DNA of 64,000 nt from the NCBI GenBank assembly GCA_030770535.1, contig JASVEC010000020.1, positions 124,001-188,000 on the forward strand, in the 5' to 3' direction. Positions within the stretch are counted from its first letter, which is position 1. Every line of letters starts with the position of its first letter. The translations under genes and the position numbers were made by a program. The notes under the pieces are model-generated. The model saw only the letters and a program-made list of their open reading frames with translations, was not told the origin of the DNA and did not search any database. Positions 37,795 through 53,087 of this stretch are shown piece by piece. The DNA comes from Batkoa obscura. Its lineage: Eukaryota.

Positions 37795-39243
37795 ATGAAA
37801 TTACATTTGAATTTATTATTAGTAACTTATACTACAGCTTTTACTCACTTAACTTCATTGAGAGTTAACAATAATATGCTGAAGCAAGTTAATTCTAGAT
37901 CTTTAGCTGAAGAAGTTCCAGAAGTCCCAGAGCAGTGGTTTAATCAAACATTAACACATGATGGTGGCAAAGATAGTAAAATATATTGGCAACAAAGATA
38001 CTTTGTAAATGATCAATATTATAAGCCGGGGGGACCTGTATTTTTGTTTATAGGCGGAGAAGGAGAATTAGAAGGCTTATGGACTCAGTATTCACTTTTA
38101 ACTATATCTGCAAAGAAGTATCACGGAATCGTTTATGCCTTAGAACATCGATTCTATGGCAAGTCTTATCCTAAACCAGATTTATCAGTTGATAATTTAA
38201 AGTATTTGAGTGCTGACTTAGCTATCAAAGATCTAGTTTATTTTGCCAAAAACATCAAACTTCCTCAATCCAATAGTACGCGCTGTCAAAAAGAGAAAGC
38301 AAAATGGATCATCACTGGTGGAAGTTATCCGGGTAATTTAGCTGCTTGGGCACGTTTAAAGTACCAAGATATATTCTTTGGCGCTATAGCATCCTCTGCA
38401 CCAGTTGAAGTTAGAGAAAACTACTATGAATATGATCAAATAGTTCAAAAATCTTTAGCCAAAAATGGAGGCAAAGAATGTTTAATTTATCATATTGAAA
38501 ACTTTAATATTATTAATGAAGTACTGCTTAAAGGAAGTAGTCAAGAAAAGCAAGCTTTAAAGGACAAATTTTCTTGCAGTAAAGTTTCTGACGAGAATTT
38601 TGGTATTCCATTACTTTTCAACCTTTCTATAATGATTCAATATAATAACAATAAGGTACCAGGGAACGTTGGGGATTACTGCAAAGCCCTTAAGTTAAAT
38701 GGTACTCGTATTGAAAAGCTTGATGACTTTGCTAAAGCATTTAAAAAAAGTTTAGGAAATAAAACATGTGAGCTTTATACCGACGTAACTTCTCTAAAAG
38801 ATACTAAAAAACCATTACCACAGTCCTTTTTCCGTCAATGGATTTACCAAAGTTGCTTTGAGTTTGGCTATTGGTGGACAGCTCCTCCTGAAGGCCAAGA
38901 TTCTGTTCGTTCCCGTCTTTTGACGGTACCTTTTTTTAGAAAGTTTGCGTGCAAAGATGTGCTTGGAGATAAAGGGCCACAGATACCTAAACCTGACCAA
39001 TACAATCAAAAGTACCATGGGAAAAATATCAACGTTGATAGGCTTATGTTCGTGAATGGTGATCTTGATCCTTGGATGCCCTTATCAGTAATAAATTCAA
39101 CCAATAAACTCATGCCCTCTATTATGATTAAAGGGGCATCTCATGGTACTGATTTAACTATTCCTTTGCCAACAGATTCTAAAGAAGTTATCGAAGCTAA
39201 AGAAAAAGTCTTAGAGTTCGTTGATAGCCTTCTGGTCAAATAA
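37795..39243 (+). CDS. Secreted serine peptidase, family S28
   Basis: Signal peptide, WQQRYFVN, LEHRFYGKS, GGSYPG nucleophile, NGDLDPW, ASHGTDL; intronless. Confidence 0.95.
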   Translation: MKLHLNLLLVTYTTAFTHLTSLRVNNNMLKQVNSRSLAEEVPEVPEQWFNQTLTHDGGKDSKIYWQQRYFVNDQYYKPGGPVFLFIGGEGELEGLWTQYSLLTISAKKYHGIVYALEHRFYGKSYPKPDLSVDNLKYLSADLAIKDLVYFAKNIKLPQSNSTRCQKEKAKWIITGGSYPGNLAAWARLKYQDIFFGAIASSAPVEVRENYYEYDQIVQKSLAKNGGKECLIYHIENFNIINEVLLKGSSQEKQALKDKFSCSKVSDENFGIPLLFNLSIMIQYNNNKVPGNVGDYCKALKLNGTRIEKLDDFAKAFKKSLGNKTCELYTDVTSLKDTKKPLPQSFFRQWIYQSCFEFGYWWTAPPEGQDSVRSRLLTVPFFRKFACKDVLGDKGPQIPKPDQYNQKYHGKNINVDRLMFVNGDLDPWMPLSVINSTNKLMPSIMIKGASHGTDLTIPLPTDSKEVIEAKEKVLEFVDSLLVK

Positions 39244-39446
39244 ATTTTATTTTCGATATACTTTTACTTTTATTTTTGGCACTATATAGCTCTTATTTTT
39301 AAATTGTCAATGCTCATGATGTACAAGATAAAAGTAATAAAATTATTAATAATATGTTGTGTAAAATTTAAAAAATTAATATTCATTAAAAAGGTTGCTT
39401 CTATTTTATTCAATGCTGAATAGTACAACTTTCTTCGTTTTAATAT

Positions 39447-39542
39447 GGGGATGATTTTTTTGGCCTCATTACTTTTTCCATTTTTAAGCGCTACTTAAAA
39501 GTGGAAAGATTGTTAGCAAAATTCTTAAAAGAATATATCCTC
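39447..39542 (+). mobile_element. MITE copy between the convergent S28 genes
   Basis: Flanks ATAT/ATAC. Confidence 0.88.
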
Positions 39543-39651
39543 ATACCTTTAAATCAAATTGGTCATGTAAATTTATTTCAATTATTAATAAAACAAAGCC
39601 AAACATTATAATCTTTATCAGAACTTTAAAATAAAAGAATATTTTAGGTCA

Positions 39652-41091
39652 CTAAGTACTTAGTTTCATCATATCTCTAATAAAACCAAGGATTTTATCC
39701 TTTGCTTCTGCGACATACTGCGTATCACTTGAGTCTGGGTAAGCAAGGTCAGCACAATGAGCGGCCCCTTCGATCACTATAGTGGGTATTTTATCCGTTG
39801 GATCAGTAATGGAAAGTGGTGTCCACGGGTCAAGCTCGCCATTAACGAATAACAACCTATCAGTTTGAATATTTTTGCCAAGGTATTTCCTATTAGTTTC
39901 ATCAATTTTTGGGCTCTTTGGGCCCTCAGGTCCAAAGATTCCACTGCAATAAGCTTCACGGTTAAAATCAACATCTAAGAGGCGGGATCTTGCTGCTGGA
40001 AAGTCTTTTGGTGGAGCAACTTGCCAGTAACCAAATTCATTACAAGACTGATATAGCCATTGTCGGCTAAATTCTTTGGGAGATGGTTGACGAGTGTTGT
40101 TGTAATATGAATAATTAGTAAAGGTTGTACATGAGCTGCTCCCAAGAGCATTTTTAAAACTCAAGGCAAAATCATTTAATTTTTCAGTCATTGTCCCATT
40201 TAAATAGAGTGTTTTACAATGCTTAGCAACTTTGAGGTTATTGTTATCATTATCTTGAACGAGGCCAGCAAAGTAGTTCAAGGCGGTTGCAAAATATCTA
40301 TTATCGACGTCAGCACAGGTGAATGACTCTTTCAAAGCATTAATCCTAATTTCATCGCCACTAAATAATATCTCATCGATAGCTTTAAAGTTTTCAAGGT
40401 AATAAGTTAGACACTCTTGTCCACCATTTTCACCCAGCGATCTTTGGACTTGCAAATCATATTCATAAAAATTTTCTTTTGCTTCAACTGGTGCAGATGA
40501 AGCAATAGCAGCATGAAAAATATCTGAGTGCTTCTTGCGTGCCCAGGCAGAAAGATTTCCAGGATAACTTCCACCATAAAGTATCCACTTTGTAGTAATA
40601 TCATTAGTCGTGGTATTTGATTGGGGTAATTGAATATTTTTAGCAAAGTAAGCTAAGTCATCAATAGCTAAATCTGAAGTAAGGTACTTTAAGCTATCAA
40701 GGGTTAAGTCAGATTTTGGATAGGATTTTCCATAAAATCGATGCTCTAGGGCATATACTACACCTTTGTGCTCTTCAGCAGCTTTAGATAAAAGCGAATT
40801 TTGAGCCCAGCTCCCAGATAACTCATTTTCACCACCTATAAAAAGAAAAGCAGGCCCGCCTGGTTGATAAAATTGGTCATTTATAAAATATCTTTGTTGC
40901 CAGGTTATATTGCTATCCGGGGTATCATCATGGGTTAAAATTTGATCAAACCAATATTCAGTTGTTTCTTCACCACTTCGAAATATTCTAAATTTGTTCA
41001 ACATTTCATCGTTTACCTTCAAGGAGCCGTAGTATGGCTCAGCCATTACGGAAACTAACATTATGGAGATTTGAAATATTTTGAAATTCAT
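39652..41091 (-). CDS. Secreted serine peptidase, family S28 (paralog)
   Basis: Signal peptide, LEHRFYGKS, GGSYPG, NGELDPW, AAHCADL; intronless. Confidence 0.95.
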   Translation of the reverse strand: MNFKIFQISIMLVSVMAEPYYGSLKVNDEMLNKFRIFRSGEETTEYWFDQILTHDDTPDSNITWQQRYFINDQFYQPGGPAFLFIGGENELSGSWAQNSLLSKAAEEHKGVVYALEHRFYGKSYPKSDLTLDSLKYLTSDLAIDDLAYFAKNIQLPQSNTTTNDITTKWILYGGSYPGNLSAWARKKHSDIFHAAIASSAPVEAKENFYEYDLQVQRSLGENGGQECLTYYLENFKAIDEILFSGDEIRINALKESFTCADVDNRYFATALNYFAGLVQDNDNNNLKVAKHCKTLYLNGTMTEKLNDFALSFKNALGSSSCTTFTNYSYYNNTRQPSPKEFSRQWLYQSCNEFGYWQVAPPKDFPAARSRLLDVDFNREAYCSGIFGPEGPKSPKIDETNRKYLGKNIQTDRLLFVNGELDPWTPLSITDPTDKIPTIVIEGAAHCADLAYPDSSDTQYVAEAKDKILGFIRDMMKLST

Positions 41092-42329
41092 TTTAATTGT
41101 AAACTTAATTTCAAATGTCCACCTTATATACTTTTCTCACTGAATTATAAATAACTATCAACTTCCATTTTAGATTATTATAACAATATAGATTTTTTTA
41201 ATTTATTAAAGCCAAGTGGAATTTTAGTGCAATACAATAAAATACATTTAAACCAAATAATTTTAAAAAGAACGAATCCCTATTGGTTTTTCTAAGAGAT
41301 GGGTTCTTTTAAATTTTATTATCACTTTGTTTTATTTTAGTCATACAATTTTTTGTATAAATTTAGTAGTTTAAGTTTTAGAATACTAAAACGAACCAAA
41401 TGTTATAATCTTAATAAATCTAAAGTAAATATCAAAAAGACATAATTATACTAAAATGAGCCCTTTTATTTATATGCGAATTTTAAAATATGTCAGATTT
41501 ATTATTATTTTATTACAAACCACTAGTTAACAGCGCTTTAGACCTAAAAATTAAAGAACGTTGACGAGTAACCCACTACTTACAAAGGATAGAATTTCAA
41601 AACAAAGTAATCTTTTCATATGGATTATACTGATAGTTTAGAAGAAAAATAATGCAAATATCCATGGTAAACTATTAGCATAAAAGCGCTATTTCAAATA
41701 TTTAAACACTGAACTATAAGAACAAAGTTCACAAAGAAAAGAATACTTATAGATAAACTAAAAGAATTGAGTACACTAATAATTAGATATTTATTATATA
41801 ATTGATTAACTTCATACTTAAGCATCTAAAAATAGCCATCAATTAAAAGCTTATTAAGGCAAAATAAAGGTCAGATATTAAAATTTTTACTTTAAATTGT
41901 AATTTTCATATAATATTTACTTTTTTCAATATGTACATAAAAGTACTTATTCTAATTTATAATGTTGTCCATCTATTATATGGCCGAAATTTATATAAAC
42001 ATTTATCAACCATTAAAACAAAATTTCAGAGTAGTTAAAAGCCATGATTATCTTCAGATTGCTGTATCTTATCGATTGATATTATTATTTGAAAGTATTA
42101 AAATTTTACCTAATATGTTTGTTACTGAGCTATAATAAACTCTAAGGATCTAATTTGCTTTAAAAAAATAAAACAAGTTCTTTTAGATAAAATACAAAAT
42201 ATTCAAATGCCTTCAATGTTTACTATTGGAGTTAGTTAAGTGGATGAACATTAACTTTGAAAAACTTTTACTTTGTATTTTCAATGGCCTAAATACACCT
42301 TCTTTAAAAAAGTGTAGCTCAAATACAAT

Positions 42330-42395
42330 ATAGATGCATTTTTTAAAATTTTTATTAATATTATTCTATTCAAATAGTGCTTAAAAATGAAAAGA
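42330..42395 (-). mobile_element. Truncated MITE abutting a full copy
   Basis: CAAATAGTGCTTAAAAATGAAAA core. Confidence 0.6.
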
Positions 42396-42398
42396 GAT

Positions 42399-42494
42399 GG
42401 GAATGTTTTTTTTGATTTCATTATTTTTCTATTTTTTAAGTATTATTTGAACGTAAATTATTAGTAAAATTCTTAAACACAAAAATACGTCGCC
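42399..42494 (+). mobile_element. MITE copy
   Basis: Full length; flanks AGAT/ATAC. Confidence 0.85.
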
Positions 42495-42855
42495 ATACAG
42501 TAATTAGTTGACAAGTCATAGAAAAAGGATATTAAGACTTCTATTATATCAAACAGATTTCATCCTTCAATAATAAAAGGTATCTCGAAGTTTCAGGGGA
42601 TCAAATACATGAAGTAACTTAAAGTATAAATAAATTATAAATCGAGGCTATCTACTGTATTATATCTAGTTGGTGGTGATATAATAATTTTAAATGTAGA
42701 GCTCAATTTCCAAACTCTTGTTATTAAATTATATTTAAATGATAATACAATAAGATTTCCATGACTAAAAGGAAAACCAATATCCATTCTGAGGTGCATA
42801 TAATGTTATACTTTATTAAAATTTTATTTATCAAATACTAGCTCTACTAAATATA

Positions 42856-43764
42856 TTATCTTCTTGCAGGAATTGGGTTAGGTTTTAATTTTCCATTCAT
42901 AACTTTTTGAATCCAACCATAATATCTTGCTACGCGAGTATAAACCTAAAAAATAATTAATATGTTAAAATATAGAATGTAATAATATTACTGCGGGCGT
43001 ATTTGGCTCAGCACATGCGATACCATTGGAGGTAATCCCAATTAATAATGGTTTGTCATTGACATAACTAAATAATGGACCTCCAGAGTCACCTCTACAA
43101 GTATCTTTACCACCTTGTTTAAAACCAGCACATATTTGAGTTTTAACAACAGTGTAATTTAGCTTTTGTTTATAAACCCCAACACAGTTATTTCTGCTAG
43201 CTAATGGTAACCATACTTCTTGTAATTCATCAGTGTTAGCACCAAGTGGTTTGGTGGCACCCCAGCCTAAAGCAGTAACTCTCATCCCTTCTCTATGATA
43301 TAATTGGTCATCTATACGAACATTATTACGTCTTTTGCTTTTATTATCGAATTGCATGATAGCAACTAAAAAACATTATAAATAAAAATAAAAATAACAA
43401 TTAAAATAATATTACTATCATTGTATAAAGCATCCCTATCAAAATCAGTTGGTACCCAACGTTTGAGAACTTTGTAAGCTTTTCCATTCTCTTCTTCAAT
43501 ACTTTTAGCTAAATTGTGACGATGTAATTGAACTTCAAAAGTATCTAAAGGAGCAATTAATCCACCTGCACAATGAGCAGCGGTAATGATCATATCATCT
43601 CTTATTAATGTAGCACCACAAAAATATTCGCCATAACGGAAGATGGTAGCCATCCAAGGATATTTAAATTCGGGTTCAACGGGGAAGCCATTTATAATTC
43701 TACTATCTTGGGCTAAAACGATAGCAGAGAAAAAAAATAAAGGATTGATTATATTAGTTAGCAT
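42856..43764 (-). CDS. Secreted trypsin-like serine protease (S1A), 3 exons
   Basis: Signal peptide, activation site R|IING, TAAHC, NDIA, KDTCRGDSGGP with the S1-pocket Asp, VYTRV; introns 43366-43415 and 42946-42991. Confidence 0.95.
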
Positions 43765-45110
43765 ATTAGTTTTTATAATAAATTTGAAGTTGTGGTTGAA
43801 GGGCTTTCGTTTATTATATACTATTTTTAGTTCGAAATTGTTCATAGACCCGATTTTTTTATGATCGAAGATAAGCCAATTATTTATCTTATCATTCATG
43901 AACTTAATTTTTAGGGTAATCATAAGAACTGTTCTTTAAAAACGATATTATTTATTACAAAAAAGACAATACTAATTTATTGATAGCAATTTTAATAAGG
44001 ATATTATTATAAATAAAAGGAGCTATCGTTTATATAATTATCTGGTTAGATATAAAAAATTTCTAATAATAAATTATAATAAATTTAGTATCAGTATTAT
44101 AATAGTCATTACTATGATCAATAGTATAAATTAATTGCTAAACTATATCTAAATGATAAAATTTAAAATTTTGTAGTTTAATAGAATAAAACAATAATCA
44201 GTAGGTATTCTACTTACTTTTTACTTTATTTTTAAAATTGCTTTTGATTTGCTTTTGTTTGCTTCTTACATAACAGATCATGTCATTTATTCGTTTAATT
44301 AAATTAAATCATTAGTTATTATTTAGTGTTTATCCTTATTATATATAAAATTGAGTTTGAATTAAGCAAACTACGTTTTTTTAGCCTTTGCTATGTTATA
44401 TTAGTTATAATTTTGCAAATACTCACAGTAACTAAAACACTGTGTAGTTATAAAAAGTTTAGTTTTGAAAAGTGGTTTAAATGTCTTAATTTAAAAAGAT
44501 ATTTCCAATGATTGGTGTTTTAATATGATTTTTTAAGTCTAATAACCCTTGTATTCTTATGACAAAATGAATTATAACTCCAACAAGATTCAAAAAAGGG
44601 TATATGAGTTTCACCTCACTTTTTGAGTTCTGTTATACTGTGCCTTGTAGTATAAATATAACTAGCTATAATGTCTATTACAAGTATCATATTAGATAAA
44701 TTAGAGCTATAGTAACAGGTTTATAAATAAAAAAAGTTATCTTTTAAGTATTATAATATAATAGCTATTTTATAAAAAAAACCTTTAAAAGATATAAAAT
44801 TGATAAAATTATGCTCTTATAATAATCCGAAAATTTAGGTAATTTACCAAACAAAGTAAACATGGTGATTTTTTTATTAAGTTCTAGCAAAAATTGCTTA
44901 TCAAAAAAGTTAAGCTAATGGCATGTAATTCAATATACAACAATTAACACCATTCAAAAATAAGGATGTTAAAAAAGTAAGCTAATAATACATATACTAA
45001 TATATAGTAACAGCAATATGCAAAAATTAGTAAGTGTTATAAATAAAATAGTTAGCAATTGAAGAGTCAAAAAGGTATATAAAAAAGGGTAATAAGAATA
45101 CACTAAAAAA

Positions 45111-47333
<2,223 letters not shown>

Positions 47334-48648
47334 TTTCGTTATGTTGTGTCCAGTTTAAATATAAAGATTATATAAATTATAAACTCTCTTTTTAAAAAAA
47401 ATGGCAAAAATAATAAAAGTTTGGCTTTTTCTGTTGCTAACTTTTATTCATTTCTAATTTAACTGAAATTTAAACCTAAAATTCATTTTAATTAATTGGG
47501 TAGGTATGTAGATTTAATCTTTTCTAGAAAATTACCAAGCATAATTTTGAAAATACTTAAAACCAAGCATTTTGCCTTTAAAATAAAAAAAATTAATTTT
47601 CTTAACTTTGTCAAATCAAATTTTTCTAAACTGTATATCTTGCATTTTATTGGTCGAGCTTTTAGTAAATGTCTTATTTTCAATAAATTTATTATATCAG
47701 ATAAACTATCTACTCATCAGATAAAATATAAAACAAAATAATAATAACAACAATAAAATTATGATTCAACTATTAATTTATTATTTACAACTTCATTTAC
47801 TTTATATTTATAAATTGACTTCGGCTAGTCAGCAAATTAGTTGATTGATGAGACTGAATTCTGAAAGCCTAAAGATTTTAGCTAACAAACACTAACTTAA
47901 AGATACTTAAAAAGCAAAATAAAACAAACTATAATAACATATATATTTTTATTAATAAAATAAAAACGATATTTATAGTTTTTTCATTGTAGTTTTTTTT
48001 ACTTTATAAACTGGATGATTTTATTTTAAAAAAAATAGTGGATGAAATGGCTTTAAGATTACTGAAAAAGAAAAATGTAGCAATATTTTTAATAAGTCAA
48101 AAAATAAACTTAGACTAAACTAATAATAATATTTTGAAATATCATATAAAACATTAACATTAAAACACATAAATAAGAAAAATTCAATTACAAGGGATAA
48201 AATATTGGAGATCTAGTAGATATAACATTACCTTGATTCATACTATAACAATAGAACCATAATAAATTATATCTCAGGTCTTTCTTTAACCCTTTCAGTT
48301 ATATTGTCAGCTCAGGATATATTTAACTCAGTATTAATAAAAATGTCCAGTAGTTTATTTTTTAGTTGAAAGGAAAAAGTGACAAAGTTAAAAACTGAAG
48401 ACCAGTAACCAAATTAATACTAAAGCCAATTAATAAACATAATCAATCATCTTTTCATTAGCTTAACATGCTGATTCAGCTTACCATTTATATCTAAAAA
48501 ACAAAACTTTATTAGGTTGTCTATGAAAGTCAATAAAAGATTATCAAAGGGCTAAAATAATGTTAATTCCGTAAAGCTAGATGTATTTATTTTGTAAAAA
48601 AACAATCTCACTAGAAGCAGCCTCCTTTATCTTGGCTTTTTAAAAAAT

Positions 48649-48746
48649 GGGGATGTGTTTTTGTGTTTAAGAATTTACTAACAAATTTTCCGCTTAAATA
48701 ACGCTTAAAAAGTGGAAAAAATAATGAAGTCAAAAAAAACACTCCC
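48649..48746 (-). mobile_element. MITE copy
   Basis: TSD AAAT/AAAT. Confidence 0.93.
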
Positions 48747-48992
48747 AAATAGTTGTGGTTATTCTGATTATGTCCTTTTAAAGCATAATTGTATCAATTT
48801 TATTGATTTCATAAAAACCAAAAAACAATAATAGAGATAATTATTATATCTTTAAAACCAACTATTAATACTATTACTTAATAAAAAATAATAAAACAAT
48901 TTAAAAACAAAAATGTTATATCAAGTTTCTAATCAAAATAGAGGAAATAACTTAACTCATTAATTTGTAATTTTTTAGATTTAATAAAATAT

Positions 48993-49091
48993 GGGAGTGT
49001 TTTTTTTGACTTCATTATTTTTTCCATTTTTTAAGCGCTATTTGAGTGGAAAATTTGTTGGTAAAATTCTTAAATACAAAAATACATCCCC
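48993..49091 (+). mobile_element. MITE copy (close to consensus)
   Basis: TSD ATAT/ATAT. Confidence 0.93.
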
Positions 49092-50320
49092 ATATACATA
49101 ATTCCAAATTCAAATATCTACTATTTAATTTTAATGTAATATTTCAAATAATTAATAGACATTGTATTAAGCCATAACTTGTTTTGATTGAAACACCTAA
49201 AAAATACCACCCCAAAGAGTGAAAGTACATATAATACTACTTGAAAATCATCCTTGAAGTGGATTGGAGATTGATGTTATAATAGCTTATAAAATCATAA
49301 AAATAAATAAAGCTTAAGTGCTGAGCTAACTTTCATTGAGCTGTTAGTAGCTATTATTTAAATGACATTTCCATTTAAATAATCAAGTTTTTGAACTAAA
49401 GTGAAAATATTGTTAGGTTTAATCAGTATTAAAATTAATGATAATACACAGTTGAAACAATTATATATTTAAAAAATCAAATCAAAATTTAAAACTAGCG
49501 AATAAGTCTATATTCGAGAAAACTGACTTTTCAAATAAAAAATTAGAAGTTGTAACATTAAGGAAAATTTTAAGAGGAGTGTATTTTCTGATAAAAAAAT
49601 TCCTGCTTTTTCTATTTTTTTCTACTTTTTCAGAAGGAATCGGACATTTATTTTTTTTAATAATTATATATATTGGTAAGTTCAAAAGTTCAGTTAAAAT
49701 TAGAGCTAATATTTTATATTTTTTGTCCATTTTCTATGGAGTGTAAAATTTTTGAAATTTTTTTAGATAAATACTAAACATTCCCCATATGAATAATTTT
49801 AATTAAGCAAAAAAGCAGCAGCTAATTTCATAGCATCTTGTGCTTAATTCCCAATTTTTGCTAAAAATCTAATTGATTAAAAGTTGAACTTTTAAACAAT
49901 CCATATGAAATAATAAATTGCATTTTTATTCACATACATTTGGTAAAAGATTTTGCACAAATCCAGATACTGATATTTAGGCCTTTAAAAAGCAGACTCT
50001 CTAAAAATAAATATTATTAATAGTTGTATTAAATGAATCAGAATAGATGTTTATTTGATGAAAAAACAGAAAGTCATATTTAATTAGTTGAATTTCAATT
50101 AAAATGATAAAATTTGTTTAAGAAGCCTAATAATCAAGGCATAATTAACTCAAAATCTATAATAATAGAATTAGAGAAAAAATCAAAGTATACCCAACTT
50201 ATAAATAGTTAATTTAATCAAAATATTAGCTATACTTACTATTTATATAATTAAATTTTAATTTTAATTTTAATTTAGAGTTGTTAAGCAATTTGCTTAT
50301 TAATATGATAAAGTATAAAG

Positions 50321-50783
50321 TGTGAAATCTGGTGCTCAGTGATTGGAGTCAAAGGTAGCTATTGCCTGGTTGACTATGCTGTAAGTTGAAAAGTCTTAGT
50401 TTGTGTGACTGAAATAGACTTGAATTATGAATGATAACATGTAATAGGCTACAGACTATATAAGACAAATAGAATAGACGATAATAATGTAAAATCTATA
50501 TAAAATACTATTAAGAAAACTTAGTGGCTTTATTAAATGTACAAGATATCAAGGAATAACTCAGTTAAAAAGCCTCAAGTTGCTATGTTCTAAAATATCC
50601 TTTATACTTCGACAAGTACAAATATTAAAGTGAGAAGATATTATCCTTTGGAATGGAATTAGAAATTCTTATAGCAAACCAAAGTAAGAGCATGGGATTG
50701 ATTGTCTTCGAGCTTGAAAACACAACAACTTAAGTGATTATTATGATATAATTAATCATGAAGCTGAAAAGCGATATTTCGCA
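50321..50783 (-). mobile_element. Solo LTR, more diverged, inverted
   Basis: TGTGAAATCT...ATATTTCGCA, reverse complement of 51635-52098; flanks AAAG/AAAA. Confidence 0.85.
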
Positions 50784-51491
50784 AAAAAAAGAGTATTAAA
50801 GAATATAAACAAATTACTTTAACATTATATAACCTAAAAAATTAAAACCTTTTGAAGATGAAAAGTATTTACATTATATTGAATTGGCTATCATAGACTA
50901 ATATGTTCTTATATAATTTGGTGGTTTATGGAATAAACATTATTGTCTATTTATGGCTTTATTAACAGGTACTTTTGCAAAAAATTGACTAATTTGGGTT
51001 GATGATAAAAGCAAAAAAAGTATACTAAAAAGCAGTTGTAAAAATTTAAGCTTTTAATACAATACGCTTTGAGTTTTCAATTACAACCAAAGCCTTCTGT
51101 AGCTAATATTATAAGTATATTATAATATTATATCATAAGCATAGATAGTATCGGTAAAAATAATAATGTTAGAATACCAAATAAGCATTTGAATAATAGC
51201 TATATAATAACACTAAATATAAATATAAATATTAAGTTGTCTAATATACATTTTTATTTTATTTTAATATTTAAATTATATTTTTTAAATAAAAGCGATT
51301 TACAGCTGCTAGAATTTTAACTTAATTTATAATAACTCATAATTGATTATTTAATTTTTATATTTTATTATAATTTAATCAATTTTTATATTTTTAGATA
51401 ATTTAATCAATTTTTATATTTTTAGATAATTTTAGCAAAATTTGTTTTTTAAAAAATTAATTAAATTATAATAAAATTGCACCAACTATAC

Positions 51492-51587
51492 GGGGATGTT
51501 TTTTTGGTTTCATTACTTTTCTATTTTTCAAGTACTATTTGAGTGAAAAGATTATTGGTGAAATTCTTAAACAAAAAAGATATCCCC
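51492..51587 (+). mobile_element. MITE copy
   Basis: Flanks ATAC/ATAT. Confidence 0.88.
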
Positions 51588-51634
51588 ATATACTTTTTAA
51601 TAAAATGTAAAAAAAAATAGAAAAAATAAAGTTT

Positions 51635-52098
51635 TGTGAAATATCGCTTTGTCAGTCCCATGGTTAATTATAACATAACAATCGCCTAAGTTGTTGTGTT
51701 CTCGAGCTCAGAGGAAATCAATCCCATGTTCTTATTTTGATTTGTTATGAGAATTTCTAGCTCCATCCAAAAGAATATTATCTTCTCATTTTGATATTTA
51801 TACTTTTCAGAGTATAAAAGAGTTTACAGAGTATAATAGTTCGAGGCTTTTTAACTGAATTAATCCCTGATATCTCGAACATTTAATAAAGCCACTAAGT
51901 TTTCTTAATAGTATTTTACATAGATTTTACATTAGTATTGTCTATTCTATTTGTCTTATATAGCTTGTAACCTATTACGTGCTATTCCTCATAATCCAAG
52001 TCTATCTTAGTCACATAAACTAAGACCTTTCGACTTATAGTGTAGTCAACCCAGCAATAGCTGTCCTTGACTCCAAACCCTGAGTACCAGATTTCATA
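51635..52098 (+). mobile_element. Solo LTR (464 bp)
   Basis: TGTGAAAT...ATTTCATA, TSD GTTT/GTTT, internal TATAAAA (51813) followed by AATAAA (51885). Confidence 0.88.
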
Positions 52099-52159
52099 GT
52101 TTAATATAAGTTTAAGTATTAAAGTTTTATCCTATTTTGAGTTTATATTAGAAAAATTT

Positions 52160-52253
52160 GGGGATGTTTTTTGACTTCATTACTTTTTCTATTTTTAAGT
52201 GCTATTTGAGTGGAAAGGTTATTGGTAGAATTCTTAGACAAAAATATATCCCC
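52160..52253 (+). mobile_element. MITE copy
   Basis: TSD ATTT/ATTT. Confidence 0.92.
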
Positions 52254-52989
52254 ATTTAGTTATGAATAAAAGATTAAAAAATACCTAACTACAAGTTAAC
52301 TTAATACAAAAATTTTAATAATAGAATCTTTTATAAAAATGGTTATCATTAAACTATATTATTATCCATTATAAGGTATTAATATTCCCTTGAATAAAAA
52401 TAAAATTAATTTAGATAAGTTTTAAGCTGCAAAAAATATTGAAATATGAATCAACTTAAATAAAAATAGGTAACATTATTAAATCTGATTGTAAAGCCCT
52501 GGTATCAAACTCAGTTTAAGCATTTAAACTAGTATTTTACTGGAAATCTTTAAAAATTTAATTTGATTTAAGCTTTAGAGAAAGCAAAGTGCTTGGAAAA
52601 ACAAAAATTATAAAAACAAATTTTCATAAACTGAATTTGTTTTATCTTGTATTTAGATAGTGATTTTTAAAATAAAACAAAGTGATTTAATTTATTTAAA
52701 CGTTATTTTATAAATTTAAATTAACTTTTCAATTTTAAGTCTAAATGATTAATAATAATAAAAAACCAACTAATAATAATGTAACCAAAAAGATGTGAGT
52801 ATTATTGAGTGAAGCAAATAATCTAGTTAAATTAGTTATTAAAAAAGGGTAACTCATTAATAAACTATCCAACAGCAAGAGGTTTTATTTCTAAAGAGAG
52901 AAAGGTTATTACCTGGGGTAATTCTAAATAAGGTAAGGCGGCTCAAAATAATCATCATAGAAAAATAACAAAACACGAACAATAAATAT

Positions 52990-53087
52990 GTGAATGTATT
53001 TTTGTGCTTAAAAATTTTACTAACGATTTTTTCGCCTTAAACAACGCTTAAAGATGGAAAAAGTAATGAAGCCAAGAAGACACCCTT
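52990..53087 (-). mobile_element. MITE copy (diverged)
   Basis: Flanks ATAT/ATTT. Confidence 0.82.

Noticed and set aside
43765..43923. 53-aa N-terminal extension of the trypsin ORF
   Set aside because: The signal peptide begins at the Met at 43764; the upstream part looks like promoter sequence with TATA- and GATA-like sites
49460..49790. Possible longer relative of the MITE ending in CATTCCCC|ATAT
   Set aside because: Only one plausible terminus; no matching left end or TSD found
51371..51427. 28-bp tandem duplication, and ACTTAATAT x3 near 32062
   Set aside because: Ordinary slippage in AT-rich DNA
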